Source: an uncultured Actinomycetes bacterium
GTDB lineage: Bacteria > Actinomycetota > Thermoleophilia > UBA2241
Direction of reading: 5' to 3'
Length of the DNA: 64,000 bases
Assembly (NCBI GenBank): GCA_963755025.1
Contig: CAVWIH010000028.1
Span: 1 to 64,000, forward strand
Both the position numbers and the translations under genes were made by a program. Of the stretch, positions 63,412-64,000 are shown piece by piece; within the stretch, counting starts at the first letter, position 1, and every line of letters begins with the position of its first letter. A model generated the notes under the pieces. The model did not search any database. It worked only from the letters and a program-made list of their open reading frames with translations, and was not told the DNA's origin.

Positions 63412-64000
63412 GACGCCGCCGCCTGTGCCGTGGCGCCTGTGCCCAGGACCTGCTCGTAGACCGCGAGCTGGCGGGCGGCGTTGCGCGGCCAGGTGAGGTC
63501 GGCGACCGCCGCGCGGCCCGCCGCGGCGAGCCGCGCGGCGGTCGCCGGCTCGTCGAGCAGCCGCGCGAGCGCCGCAGCCACTGCGGCGACGTCGCCCGGC
63601 GCGACGAGCAGGCCGCTCCGGCCGTCGACGACGAAGTCGTCGGGACCCTCGCCGCGACAGGCGATCACGGCCGTGCCCTGAGCCAGCGATTCGGCATAGA
63701 CCAGGCCGAAGCCCTCGGGCGAGCTGGGCAGCACGAAGGCGTCGGCCCGCGCCATCAGGGCGAGGACCCGGTCGTGGGCCAGCCAGCCCAGAAACCGGAC
63801 GCGCGCGGCGAGGCCGAGCTCGCGTGCCCGCGCCTCGAGGTGCTTGCGCCGGGGGCCGTCGCCGACGACCGCGTAGACGACGTCGGGGTGAGTCGGGGCG
63901 AGTCGCGCCAGGGCGTCGAGGACGGTGGCGTGTCCCTTAGAGGCGTACAGGCTGGCGACCGACAGCAGCAGCGGCTGCCCGGCGGCGAAGTCGGCGGGGG
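63408..64000 (-). CDS. GT4 glycosyltransferase, C-terminal part (start lies beyond the window)
   Basis: FVLPSSPEGFGLVYAESLAQG; open frame continues to the window edge. Confidence 0.88.
   Translation of the reverse strand, partial: PADFAAGQPLLLSVASLYASKGHATVLDALARLAPTHPDVVYAVVGDGPRRKHLEARARELGLAARVRFLGWLAHDRVLALMARADAFVLPSSPEGFGLVYAESLAQGTAVIACRGEGPDDFVVDGRSGLLVAPGDVAAVAAALARLLDEPATAARLAAAGRAAVADLTWPRNAARQLAVYEQVLGTGATAQAAAS

Noticed and set aside
1-64000. tRNA, rRNA, IS elements or prophage genes
   Set aside because: None recognised by eye; a tRNAscan-SE/Infernal run would be needed to exclude small RNAs

Overview
Very GC-rich bacterial DNA with an actinobacterial gene style; Thermoleophilia-like is my inference. 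The window has five parts. (1) 0.2-9.7 kb: redox and metal-stress genes (NmrA, two tandem rubrerythrins, a cysteine-free peroxiredoxin-fold protein, an ArsR/SmtB regulator with a P1B ATPase, and NRAMP-USP-HAD). (2) About 9.7-39.9 kb: a phosphate-starvation island with phoP/phoR, two complete and divergent pstSCAB-phoU operons, a third non-lipoprotein PstS, phosphoesterases, cell-wall hydrolases and several uncharacterised genes. (3) 40-47 kb: SpoIID and NlpC/P60 hydrolases and rml genes. (4) 47-58 kb: housekeeping genes (ABC binding protein, rarA, YtxH-like, M28, trpB2 with a Trp leader peptide, nitrilase). (5) 58-64 kb: a polysaccharide cluster. The main discovery is that 13 promoters in the island share one architecture read directly from the sequence: 2-4 tandem 11-bp repeats (core approximately [G/C]CT[C/A]AC), a 5-nt spacer and an NANNNT -10 hexamer. 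This groups a set of uncharacterised genes with phoPR and pst in one probable Pho regulon. The set comprises two paralogous helical proteins, an unannotated 50-aa zinc ribbon, an HTH/HNH-repeat protein, GNAT-DUF5063, a nucleotidyltransferase-like protein, a ligand-degenerate PHP protein and an IPT/TIG protein. Several frameshifts are each repaired by removing one base, so they are probably assembly errors. All calls come from reading the sequence; no database searches were run.
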